Shown in pieces: positions 51,682-64,000 of a stretch of DNA of 64,000 nt. The stretch's first letter is position 1, and every line of letters begins with the position of its first letter. This stretch comes from Neodothiora populina. Lineage: Eukaryota. The notes below the pieces were generated by a model that saw nothing but the letters and a program-made list of their open reading frames with translations, searched no databases and was not told the origin of the DNA. The DNA is taken from assembly GCF_041146345.1 (NCBI RefSeq), contig NW_027191414.1, positions 1,302,001-1,366,000 on the forward strand, in the 5' to 3' direction. The translations under genes and the position numbers were made by a program.

Positions 51682-53550
51682 GCCGAGAGAGAAAGAGAAG
51701 CGTTTGCCGATGGCGGCGGTGTCGGGCGTGGGCGCGGCGGAGCGGATGCCTCGTCCTCGTTGGTTGGCGAAAGGGGTCTGAGGCATCGTTTCGTCGTCAT
51801 CGTTGTTGTAGTAGTATTCGTTTGTGTCTTCTCCGAGGATGGAGGCCGTGTCCGAGGCGTTGTCGTTCGAGAAGCCAAAGGAGAAGGAAGTGTTGATTGG
51901 CGCGGGTTTCGGGGTTCCGTCTGATTTGGACTTTTTGTAGAGGGCTTCCAGAGGGTGTATTTCTCTTTGCTGCTCGGTCTGCTGAGGAGGTGTGGATTGT
52001 TGGACTGCGGCTGGTCGAGGAGTAGGCTGTGGTGATGTCGCGGCTTCTTCTGAGTCTTCGCTTTCTGAGTCGCTGGGGGATGATGACGAGTCATCTTCTG
52101 AACTGCTGGATGAACCATCAGAGTCGGAGGCGGGACCGGAACCAGAAGCAGGATCAGAGTCAGAATCAGAGTCCGAGTCAGACGAGGCGTCTTCCGAAGA
52201 GTCGTCGCTGTTGTCATCTTCGATGTCTGACATGACATCAGGTTTCGCAGGCTTCGAGTGTCCTCTCCCAGTCTCGACCTCCGGTGACGAGTCTCTGTCG
52301 TCGAGGCTTGGGCTCGCTCCTCCAGCGGGGGTTTCTTTCAGCTCGTTCACGGTCTCACTATCATCATTGTCGTCGTTTTCAGAACCGACTACTGATGCAT
52401 CAACATTGGCATCACCCTCTTGTTCTTCTTCCTCATTCTGTACCACTGTCACCACATCAATTTCCTTGCCATCTTCGTCGTCATCACCAGAGACGACATC
52501 CCCAAAGTGCTCGTCGCTATCAGAATCATCTCCGAACATCTGATCAAACTCGGCCAGTCTCGCTCTGGTCTGTTCGTCGACCTGGGGTTCCTCAACAGCA
52601 ACTTCTTCTTCCTCTTCATGTGCCTCATCAGCATTCGCGGCCTGAGGCTGCGCAAGGAGCACCGCCGCCTCTCTCCTCTTGGACTGAACAAACTCGTCGA
52701 GGTCATCGTCTTTGATCTCGATTTCGTTCTGGGGCATGGCGGCCAGTCTCTCCTCTCTCTTGTTACCGACTGCAGCAGCCTCGACGATGTTTCCTTGCTG
52801 GTCAACCCATCCTTTGCCAGCTACAAACTCACTCGCGACTCCGTGGTTGGCATTTGTAGGTTCCTGACGCAGAAAAGAAGGATACTGCGTGTTTTTCGCG
52901 AATTCGTGAATCACGGCGGGCGTCCTGTGCTGATGGGCCTTTTCTCGCAGCTTCTGTTCCTTCTTGTCGGCGACTTTTCTCGCTTTTCGTGCGTCGGTCC
53001 GTAAGATGGCGGCTGCTGCTTCGGGCAGATTTGTCTTGAAAAGGACTTCTCTGTTGCTCGTGTATTTTGACTTTTCCTGTTTGCGCTTCTTGTCGTCGAT
53101 GGGGATGTTGTTGCTATTGCTGTTATTGTTGCTGCTGCTGTTGTCCGTCCAGCCCCTCTTGACGCTCCTTCCCTGCGGCAGTTCGAAACCCGGATATTCG
53201 CCATCGCGCCTCTTCGTCTTCTTGGCCCGTTTCTGCTTTCCCACCACATCCTCGTCGTCGTCAGTCACATTCTCCTCGACAACGACCAATTTCCGCTTTT
53301 CCGGTCTCGCGATTTCAATCTTCATCTTGGCGCCCTTGAGCACCATGCCGTGCAGTTTCTTGCGCAGTTTGTCGGCGTCGGCGCTGGGAAGCTCGACGTA
53401 CCCGAAGCCCTTTGTCGGTTCGGTCTGGATTGTGTGGAAGGATACGTTAGTCGCTTGAGGTCGTATCGACGGGGCTATGACTGTGGGAAACAAGGTGGGT
53501 GTGAAGGGGGTTATGTGCAGGCGCACTCGAGCCGTTGCGGTGTCTGTCAT
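51364..53550 (-). CDS. Acidic/Ser-rich nucleolar-type protein with N-terminal RRM-like domain (NOL8/Nop8-like)
   Basis: RLHITPF...KGFGYVEL...KLHGMVLKGAKMKIEIARP; long D/E/S tracts; basic C-terminus WFWENRGDSNRAWKKRRRE. Confidence 0.7.
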
Positions 53551-53754
53551 GTTTTCGCTTCTGGCTGTGGCGGGTAGAGATGATGTGCAAGAACAATGCT
53601 TGAGTGATTCTCTCTATATCTTTTTTTGTTCCATCCAGAACCTGCCAAGTCCGCGCTCGACAGGGACAAGGATAGGTAGTGAAGGGTGGTTAGGCGCTAT
53701 ATAGCTCCCTGCGCGCGCGTCGTACAAGAGAAAAGCAGTAGCAGCGGCTGTTCC

Positions 53755-54007
53755 ACATGTACTGCATGTATTGCATGTATATCTATCTTTTTCCGTCACT
53801 CTCTGTCTCACACAAGTTAGTTGGCCCCGGGCAAGACGCACGACGCAAGACGCAAGACGCAAGACGCAAGACGCAAGAAAACAACGTCCGAGCTTTTTGT
53901 CGTGGTTTGTATAGAAAGTCACGCCGATTGGTCGGTTTTTCTTGGTCGTGAGCGGGGCGCTTAGACCCGGACCTGGACCCGGACCTGGACCTGCTGGACC
54001 TGGACCT
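53755..54007. repeat. Cluster of short tandem repeats: (CATGTAYTG)x3, (GACGCAA)x6-7, (GGACCY)n
   Basis: Seen directly at about 53755-53780, 53831-53878 and 53963-54007. Confidence 0.85.
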
Positions 54008-54581
54008 GTTTCCTGGTTCTTATTTCCCATAATCACAGGTAGTCTATATGTGCATCTTATACTGGATGCGACTCGACTCTTGCGTGCAGAGTACATACAG
54101 TATAAGGTAGGTTCCCGCTGTAGCATTGACAACAAAGCGATCAGGCTGCAGCGCTGTAGGCGACCTTTGTTCTGGGATAGACAGACTCACTGGTCCGCTT
54201 GCTCGAAGCTTTAGTCAGATACTCGATGTTCGAGGTTTGATCTTCCTCATAAATAGAAGTCTTGGGGCAAAAGGCGGGTCTATAGTCCCATGTCAAGCTG
54301 TATCAGTATCGATTCATTCGTTTTGTTCCAACCAATAGATGTGCTGGGTGGCAGAGGCGTGTCACAGTACATGCCTTACTATCGTACTTTGATCGCCAAG
54401 ATAAGCCCACCCTCGAAAGAGAGTGAAGGACTGAAACAAGAAAATGATGATGATGATGATGATGATGATATATGGCTTTTTTGTACATTACAGAAGACAA
54501 GGAATGCTCTGTCGTCGACTCCTGTTCCTTCTCGGCGCCCTTTCCCGACCCGAGGTGGTTCTTTCATTCGTACACTTGGGA

Positions 54582-55521
54582 TTATCGTCTCAGTACCCAA
54601 TCGGTCCAGCTCTTGCTCTTCGACTTGACGGCTTCGGCGGCGGCCTCGGCTTCTCTGTCCAGCGGACCACCGGCCACGGCGACAGACGGGCTCAGGCTGA
54701 CCGGTCTCTTGTCCATGATCTCGCCAGCCTTTTTCTCTACTTGATCCAGCCCCTGCTCCACCCGCTCGACTCCCTTGTTTGCTAATTCTTTGGTTTGCGC
54801 GACTTTGTCTCCGACAGCCTTGACTACGCCGAGCTCTTTGGCGCCGTCGACTTGGGTTTCAAATGCAGACTCAGCCTGACCCAGCAGCTTTCCTCCCTTC
54901 TTCTCTTCTTCCGAGACGGTGGAAAACAGACTCTCTTTGGCTCTCGTGAGTATGCCCTTCTTGTTCTTCTGTGCGATGTAGGCTTCCTGGGCGGCGCGCT
55001 CCTGGTTGATGAGCAGCATCTGGTCCTCGGTGATCTTCTCGCCGGACGCGAGCAACAGGCGGGCTTCGTCGAGTTTGCCGCGATGTTGGGCCTGCTGGTC
55101 GGCCAGCCACTCGGCGCGTTTGCGGCGGTTGTGCATCAGCATGTCGCCGATTGCGAAGGAAGCCACGACTCCGGATACAACTGTGTCGTCTGTCAATATG
55201 TGACAGAGAGAAGAAGAAAAAGAAAAGAAAAGACTGACCGGTCAATCCTATCAGCGAATAGGCCGTGACCCGATGAGCCCTGTCCGCCCATCTCCTGCCT
55301 GTCCGCACGACTCGGTCGAAGTTTGTCTCCCTGCCTGATCTCGCCGCCGCGGCTGCCGCTCGTAACCTCAGGATCTTCTGCTGTGGCGTCTCGCCGGGCG
55401 TGGCGCCATGGCCGAGGTTCTGGATGGTGCTGCTGTGGGATGCCGTTGATGTCGGTGCCTTGTTGTAGGCTGTCGGGGTCGTCGCCGTGAAGCGTGTTGC
55501 GTCTGATGCTGAACGGACCAT
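54582..55521 (-). CDS. COX14-like cytochrome c oxidase assembly factor; intron 55181-55238
   Basis: MVRSASDATRFTAT...ETPQQKILRLR...GRRWADRAHRVTAYSLIGLT/VVSGVVASFAIGDML with a single TM; resembles the filamentous-fungal COX14 family from memory. Confidence 0.7.
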
Positions 55522-56197
55522 GATTCCTTTTTTTCTTTCTTTTGGCTGTGTGTCCAATGTCGAGTGTGGAGAGTGAGAGAGAAAAGTAGAGATGAAAAGT
55601 CCTTGCTACATGCAATTGCAAAGCCTCAGAGGTTCGTATTTCGTATGTTCTGCTCTCGGCTGCTGTATCGACTGGTAGATGCAAGGCAATAAGTTCATCC
55701 ACAAGGAAGGTACGGACTGATGATGTCTGCGACTGCCGCCTCGGATTGCCCTGTTCTTCTTTGCTTGGCATTCTGCTCTTGACCATTTCGCTGCTTCAGA
55801 CGACTTCAGACTTGCACTTTGTCGCTTAGACATGCCCTGATGATCCGTGGTCTGTCTGTAGTCGACCACACATCACTTGGAGTTAGGTGTTTCGATGGTG
55901 TTGTGGGTGTATCCATCCTACTTTTGATGTTCTAGGTACATAGAGTCGAATGCACGCGGCAGAAGAGCAACTGCGATGGCTGTAGAGTGATTGTGCTGAC
56001 CGGGTACTGAATTCCACCTACTTTGCCCCGAAGGGGATTATCCAAGAACCCTCTGCCTTGACGAGTTCCAGAATAAATCCGTTCCGGATCCGAGAAAGTC
56101 GCAATTGTCCCGAGGCCGGATTCTTGTACTCAGTCTCGATAGATGTTTGCCTGTTTTTCAACCGTCCGTCTCGAGCATAAAAAGAAAAGCAGAGAAA

Positions 56198-57374
56198 ATG
56201 GCGGGCAACGACGCAGGAGGCTACTCTCTGCCCCCAGACCTGTCGAGTATACTTGCCACCCTGGCACAATATGCTCCCCAGCAGACGTCGACCCCTCCAC
56301 CTGCTGCACCAAGTCAGCCACAACAAGCAGACGAAGACGATAGTTACAGTCCGCCCCCTGCTGGGATCCCATTTGCTGCTCAACAGCAGCATAACCACCA
56401 GCCGTCTTCTTTTCCCACGGCTACGACGAATTTGCCACCGTCCATCTCTCGGGATCCGAGATTACTAAACCGCTCACGGGTGAATACACCCGATCAGACG
56501 AGCCTGTCTGCCCATCCAGAACCGTACGATGGCTGTCGCTCGAGCGTTGGTGGTGCTCAACAGCAACAAGAAGCCGAAAAGATCCAGCAACGTCAATTCC
56601 AACACGACCGGTACCAACGGACGCACGACCCGCGACCACAACCTTCTCAGCGCACAGAAAGCAACGGCTGCGGGACCCGATCATCAACAGCGCAACAACA
56701 ACCCCCTGCCCCTCCCCAATCATCATCCATCATCGACCCTGCCACGATAACAGTCTGGAGCGAGGGTCTACGCTGCGTCAACAAGATCGGCATGCAGAAC
56801 CCAAACTTCGCGGCCGCCATTCGCAGGATGATTACGAATCAGCAGAAGCACGAGATGATGTGGTACTCGGGCCGTCAGGAGCTCAAGCAGATCCAGGCGC
56901 GGCGGGCGACGGGCGCGAGTGCGATTCAGAGTATCCTGTAAGTCTTCTTTTCTTACCAGTCTAGTTCTTCTGTTGACATCAAATAGTGGCTCCCTAAGCG
57001 GCATCAGCAGCAAACCCACATCATCAACAGCAGAACCCATTTCTCAAGAAGAAAAACAAGCCGAGCTCTCGGCCTTCGATCTCAAAGTCTACAGAGCGCA
57101 ATCCGCCATGCACGACAGCATGCTGTCCGAGCTCAAGGCGCTGGGCGTTCCCTTTTTCGGCACGTATGCTGACAGGATTTTATCCGATGATGATGGTAAT
57201 GACAATGACGAGTATAACGAAAAGGTTGACGAGGGGGTGATGGGAAATGACAAAAAGGAGTGGAGGAGGGAGACCAAGGGCCAGCCGAGACACAGTCCGC
57301 GGATCACGACGCGGGAGTTGTTGGGGTTGCGGAAACGGATCATTGCGTATCTGGAGGATATGTACAGGGAATAA
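56198..57374 (+). CDS. DUF2458-like fungal protein; intron about 56938-56986
   Basis: DLSSILATLA, DPATITVWSEGLRCV, QQKHEMMWYSGRQEL, ELSAFDLKVYRA, LKALGVPFFG. Confidence 0.75.
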
Positions 57375-57503
57375 AGATGATCCTACATGGAATGATACAC
57401 TTGACGTCTTCGCATTCCCTTTCCACATGGAAAAAGACGATATGGACTTGGCGCTACAGCATCGCATCGCAATTCTTACTCTGGTGCCTCGTTCATCGTT
57501 GAT

Positions 57504-59108
57504 TCATTCATTCATCCCATCTTTTCCGGCCTCCTTTTCTGTCCCCTGTTCTTCTTTCTCGTCTTCTTCATCGTCCAGCATGTCCACCTCCTGATGACCC
57601 ACCCCCTCTCCTTCTTTTCCTTCTCTCAACCCCAACCCCTCCTCGGCCACCCCTTGATCGACTCTATAAAGATGCGCGTAGACGCCGTCGTTTGCATCAA
57701 CCAGAATCCCCAAGTCATCCAGCTCAGGCGGCAGAGTGCGACCCAAGCCATGGCCTTGACGAGGGTAGTTGATGACGGGATCATCCGGGTCCAGAGGCGG
57801 GTCGTCGGGGGGTCTGATCTCGTGGGGTGCGAGGTGTGCGTCTTCTTCTTTGTCTGCGTCTCGTCGTCGTTTGTTGTTGCTCTTCGGTTCGCGCAGCAGG
57901 GCGCGCAGAGATGTCGGCAGGGGCTTGACGAGCGATCCGGGCGGGAACAAGGGCAGGTCTGGCCGCAGACGGTTACATCGAACGAGCAGTTCGACCAGCG
58001 AGACAGTAGGCAGTCGAGACAGGACTTGGCGCTTTGCGGCTTCTGAGAGCGTGCCCTGCGACGAGACAAAGGTGTCGACGTCGGGCTCGGGTAGGTTGTT
58101 TGGGGACAAGTCGGCGTTGTCGTCGTCGGCTGCTTCCTCTTCTTCTGCTTCCGTCACACATTCGTGACAGTGCCATTCTTTGCTCGCTATGTCGACCACT
58201 TCCTGCGGGATCGGCGGTTGGTGGCACCAGCGGTGATAGGGCGTGTTGCAGCCGTCGCAGAAGACTATCATGTTCGTGGCTGGGCTGTGCGGTCGATGGC
58301 ACACTCTGCATACCGTCGACTCCGGGTTCTTGCGGTTTGCGAAACTCGTGCGTTTTCGCTTCTGGCCTGCCAGAGAGGGCGCGGTCGTTGTCGCGCTTGT
58401 TCCGTTTGTGTTTGTGGTGGGCGACGCATAGGTGGGCACGAAAGAGTCTGGTTTTTGGACGGCGCGGCCCGAACGAGTGCATGTTGCGATCGGGGTGTAG
58501 TTTTCCGAGGACTCGGAGTCGTTTAGTCCTTCGTCTTCGTCTTCGTCTTCGTCGTCGTCGTCATCGTCTGCTCTGATCACGTCCGAGCATCTTCGCCGCC
58601 GTCCTCCTCTGCCTCGTCGTCCACCACGACTGCCTCGTCCACCCCCTCGTCCGCCTCCTCTGCTGCCTCTTCCTCGTGCCGGAGTGCCTCTTGCTCTTGT
58701 GCTTGTTGATCCTCGTGGACCTCTTCCTCGGCGGCCTCTTCCGCGCCCAGGAGTCGCGGGTCCGTCACCACTGGTCGCTAGCGGACTTGGTCCTGACGAC
58801 GAGGGTGTTGTTGTTGTTGTTGTTGTTGTCGTCGTCGTCGTCATGTTCTTGAGTACAGACTCGCGCGCGGCTTCCCATTGCGCCGAACCAGGCGTTGCAT
58901 TCGCCGAGACTCGTTTGAGGATTTCTTCTGTCGCGGGACTGAATGAATGGGGAACAACACCGAATGAAGCAGTCGTTGCTGATTTTGTGACGATATTGTC
59001 TGCTTCGGTCGCTATGACTTTGTCGACTGTTGCTGCCGGAGACGGATCATGAGCGGATTCCACTTGTTCTTTCTTTTCTTGCTGTTTCTCGTCCGGTGCC
59101 GAGGACAT
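57504..59108 (-). CDS. PHD-finger chromatin protein (Phf1/Phf2-like) with RG-rich basic tract
   Basis: C4HC3 finger CRVC...FCDGCNTPYHRWC...WHCHEC; GRGRG/RGG tract; TRSGR motif. Confidence 0.88.
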   Translation of the reverse strand: MSSAPDEKQQEKKEQVESAHDPSPAATVDKVIATEADNIVTKSATTASFGVVPHSFSPATEEILKRVSANATPGSAQWEAARESVLKNMTTTTTTTTTTTTPSSSGPSPLATSGDGPATPGRGRGRRGRGPRGSTSTRARGTPARGRGSRGGGRGGGRGSRGGRRGRGGRRRRCSDVIRADDDDDDEDEDEDEGLNDSESSENYTPIATCTRSGRAVQKPDSFVPTYASPTTNTNGTSATTTAPSLAGQKRKRTSFANRKNPESTVCRVCHRPHSPATNMIVFCDGCNTPYHRWCHQPPIPQEVVDIASKEWHCHECVTEAEEEEAADDDNADLSPNNLPEPDVDTFVSSQGTLSEAAKRQVLSRLPTVSLVELLVRCNRLRPDLPLFPPGSLVKPLPTSLRALLREPKSNNKRRRDADKEEDAHLAPHEIRPPDDPPLDPDDPVINYPRQGHGLGRTLPPELDDLGILVDANDGVYAHLYRVDQGVAEEGLGLREGKEGEGVGHQEVDMLDDEEDEKEEQGTEKEAGKDGMNE

Positions 59109-59404
59109 GGCTTTGCGCAATGTCGAGGACTAGCAAGGAGTGTCTTTTCGACTTCTACATGTACAGATACAGTGTCATGATAATCTACAGCGGCATCTAC
59201 CTTGCAATCGTTGTGGATCAACAGTACCTTCTAAGTAAGCCACTTTCGTCCTCACCAAGTCAGAAAGCAAGCATGGATGAATTCATCGACGCTGATTCAG
59301 GGTAGAGCTACTGTACTTTGTGCAGTTCCTCAGAGCAGAAAGATGGGTCGGCGAATCGAACCGACCGGACTTGTGGTCTCAGTGCGGAACGGCTTCTTGG
59401 ATTG

Positions 59405-59425
59405 CAGCACAGCACAGCACAGCAC

Positions 59426-59458
<33 letters not shown>

Positions 59459-59463
59459 CACAC
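59405..59463. repeat. (GCACA)n/(CACACG)n microsatellite in the divergent promoter region
   Basis: Seen directly. Confidence 0.85.
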
Positions 59464-60153
59464 GTAAGACGAGGAAGTACGCTGCCGACTGTGCGCAAGT
59501 CTCACCTCTCTCTGCCTCGCTAGACATTATTGCTTCTCGCTCTGCCATTGCTGCAGGTTCCATGATACTGCGAGATGATGTGTCGCTGCCACAGATAAGC
59601 CAAGAGACCCACGTGGGGTTCGGGCGGAGAATATTGGAAGGTGAAAAGGCAAAAAGAAGGTGAGATCAGGGCCTCGTACGTCATTGCCAGCGTCTGCGCT
59701 GCCGTCTGCGCTGCGACAACTCGGCTCGCTCGATTGTTACCTTGAGATACAAAGTATGATTAGCACTCGTACAGGAATAGCCAAGGTACTTGTGCCTTGA
59801 TCAAGCAGGCATCGTGGTTATCTACAGCATGGCAGTGCTCCATACTCACTAGATAGACAGTGACCGACAGACACCACCGAGCTCGGATCTCTGCTTACCT
59901 GTCTCGTCTCTTCCCTTGTCCTCTCGGCCCACACGGACATACTCATAGACATCCGGTGACACCGTTGACCGGCGTGTCTGATGTGTTATTGATTCTTCTG
60001 CTCTCCATACACAGTGGCGTGACAGAGGGACGACAGCGAGAAAAGCACGTGTGAGATGACGGCAACATTCCGATATCTTCTCTTACCATCATCCTTTCTG
60101 TATATCTGCGGTTTGCTTGGCTCTCACATAGTAATCAACAACAAACCACCAAC

Positions 60154-61587
60154 ATGGAGGGTGCTCGTCCCAGATGGGTTCTTCACATGCAGGCGCAGAT
60201 GTGGCGCTATCTCATGTCCATCGGCATGTTCCTGCACAAATGCGCCCGCCCTCGACCTCCCAAGCCGTCGTTCGTTCGCACCATCAAGTCGACCGTCTCG
60301 GCCACCGAGGGATCCTTCAACCTGTCGTTTTATGTTCCCCAGGACTACGAACAACAACGAAACAAACCGCGCCGCGGCAAGGGCTACCCTTGCGTCATCA
60401 ACTTCCACGGAGGAGGCTTCACCCTCGGCACCAGCACCGACGACGGACGATGGTGCGGCACAGTGGTCGAGCAGTGTGATGCCATTGTCGTCAGTGTCGA
60501 CTACCGCCGCGCTCCCGAATGCCCCTTCCCCACCGCCGTCGAGGATGGAGTCGACGCCATCATCTACTGTGCGCGCCACGCCGAAGAGCTCGGCATCAAT
60601 CCCGCCAAGATGGCCCTGAGTGGCTTCAGTTCGGGCGGCAACATGTCCTTCACCGTGCCTCTGCGCCTCTATGATCATTTGACCAACTTTGGGCGCTCGA
60701 TGACTCGAGAAGAAAGCGGCGGCGGCAGCGCCGATGACATGGACGAGAGCGCCAGTCTACTCCCGGTCCCCACAAATCCCGGCAGTCTGCTCAATGTGCC
60801 CACCGACAGCAGCGGCATGGCCAGACCACCACTCCTCGGACAGATGGCCACGAACGCCTCGACCACCTCTGTCAATCGCATCCTGCGCTCTCGCTCTGCC
60901 ATGAACGTGCCGCACGCCGAAGAGAACCTCATCAAACAGGCCAAGGCCACGGCCAACGAATGTCCCGACGTCTCCCTCTGCGCCATCGTGCCGTGGTATC
61001 CCAGCATCGACTACACCCAGACTCGCGCCCAGAGACGAAGCACTCTGATCCGCAAGGACCAAGACCTGCCCAGCCTGTTCACCGATCTGTTCGATCAGAG
61101 CTACCTCCACCCTCCCGACACGATCCCTCTGGACTCGCCATATCTTTCGCCCGGCATCGCAGAGACGGCATTGTTGAGAGAAGCCCTGCCGCAGGACATC
61201 ATCATGCACACTTGCGAGTGGGACATGTTGCTGGACGAAGGCGTCAAGTTCAAGGAGCGGCTGATCAGTCCGGAGATCAACAAAAAAGTCGACTACACAA
61301 TGGTCGAGGGAGTGCCGCACGGGTGGGACAAGGCGCCGAACCCCATCAAGCCCACGCCCGGGGTCAAGGAACACTATCTGCACGCTTGCGACGAGTTGCG
61401 ACGTGTGTTTCACGAGGTGGACAAGAAGAGCAAAAACAAGTTTGGCGCCGGCGTCAATGGTGCACGCGACAGGGCCAGCAGTGGCGCCAGCAGCGTCATC
61501 GGTGAATCTGGAGAGGAGGGATCGAGCGAAGACAGCATTCAAGGGCTCGCCAGAGGCAAAAGGCGGGAGAGTAGACTTGTGCGGTGA
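60154..61587 (+). CDS. Alpha/beta hydrolase, HSL-like esterase/lipase, intronless
   Basis: FHGGGF oxyanion motif, VDYRRAPE, nucleophile GFSSGG, acid EWDML, His GVPHGW. Confidence 0.92.
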   Translation: MEGARPRWVLHMQAQMWRYLMSIGMFLHKCARPRPPKPSFVRTIKSTVSATEGSFNLSFYVPQDYEQQRNKPRRGKGYPCVINFHGGGFTLGTSTDDGRWCGTVVEQCDAIVVSVDYRRAPECPFPTAVEDGVDAIIYCARHAEELGINPAKMALSGFSSGGNMSFTVPLRLYDHLTNFGRSMTREESGGGSADDMDESASLLPVPTNPGSLLNVPTDSSGMARPPLLGQMATNASTTSVNRILRSRSAMNVPHAEENLIKQAKATANECPDVSLCAIVPWYPSIDYTQTRAQRRSTLIRKDQDLPSLFTDLFDQSYLHPPDTIPLDSPYLSPGIAETALLREALPQDIIMHTCEWDMLLDEGVKFKERLISPEINKKVDYTMVEGVPHGWDKAPNPIKPTPGVKEHYLHACDELRRVFHEVDKKSKNKFGAGVNGARDRASSGASSVIGESGEEGSSEDSIQGLARGKRRESRLVR

Positions 61588-61895
61588 TTTCTTTTCTTTT
61601 CTTCTCTTTTTTGTCTTTTCTTGCCTGTGTTTATCATGTTCCGATCGCTAGCGACGTAGTCTATATCTGCAGCGAGTTTCCATATACCATCAATGGCATT
61701 TCTTACCCTGGTCACCTCGTCGTCTCAGTCCTGTCCGTGAAGCATGTCAAACACTTGATGCATATCAGATAAGATAAGAAATCGATAGGAATCAGACAGA
61801 CCCTTGAATCTCAACAATTGCACTAACAAGAAACCAACAAGAAACTAACATGAAAAGATCAAAAAGAACCCCGCAAAAAGATGCAGAAAACGTGA

Positions 61896-63355
<1,460 letters not shown>

Positions 63356-64000
63356 ACGCCTTGTTTTCAAACTGCCATTCCCGCGCGAAAGCCGCGAAGC
63401 TACTACCGAGCAAGAGACGCATTCCTCTCGTACCAGAGCGAGACAAAGAGAGAAGAAATGGCTCTCATCTCGAGGCCTTTTTTCGCAACCCTCTATTTCC
63501 CTGCTGTGTCAAACGCCGCAGTATGCTACCCGCAGGCAATTCCACACCGAAATACAAACAACCTTGCATAGCGGGGTCATGGGGCTTTTTTTTCTCTCGC
63601 TCTTGGGGATTTTCCTTATTGTTTTCATCATCTGCCTCTTTTTTTTTCGTTTTGTCTATCGGGGCTATTTCGCAAGCACACAGGAGTCAAAAGAAACGGG
63701 TGGAGGGAGTTTTGAGAAGGAATCAAAAACGAACATGTATTAGAGAGAAAAAGAGAAGGCTCGTACAAGAAAACGGGGACATGAGAGGGTAAATCGTAAG
63801 AAGAGGCAGAGAGAGGCAGAAGTGGGCAAAAAACGACACCAGCACCTTTCCCGGGTCTTTTGGTCAAGGCTCATACCCGTGGGGAAAACAAGAGAAGTGC
63901 AGGAGTAGACGAGACAGATCCTCTCTCTGTCTCTTCAATCTCTCTTCTCTATTCGACGACATCCCTCGCTCGATAGCAAAAGTCCAAATGCAAGACAAAG

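Overview
Eukaryotic, intron-containing DNA from a filamentous ascomycete (Pezizomycotina; Dothideomycete-like by impression, not proven). It has GT-AG introns with CTRAY branch sites and about 21 gene models. 1.3-14.5 kb holds the known fungal N-acetylglucosamine (GlcNAc) utilisation cluster: GlcNAc kinase, Ndt80-family regulator RON1, GH3-GNAT sensor NGS1/NAG3 and deacetylase DAC1. The deaminase is not seen in this window. The cluster is followed by a small secreted 12-Cys protein, an ammonium transporter, a secreted type II L-asparaginase, a Dal5/ACS-type MFS permease (these last three with GATA motifs upstream), a MITE and a catalytically degenerate, frameshifted aspartic protease. Together these may form an extended nitrogen-scavenging locus. 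The middle holds accessory genes (Myb/SAP-like protein, Baeyer-Villiger monooxygenase, S6K-like kinase, GH47 mannosidase, GPI mucin-like protein, LaeA-like methyltransferase) and several RIP-like relics. The right end is microsatellite-rich housekeeping DNA (DAGK-like, TANGO2, nucleolar RRM protein, COX14-like, DUF2458-like, PHD finger, HSL-family hydrolase, PRMT1). The most unusual sequence-level observations are two mutually exclusive hairpins over competing branch points and 3' splice sites in the RON1 intron, and the nitrogen module appended to the GlcNAc cluster. All calls come from reading motifs by eye; no searches were run.
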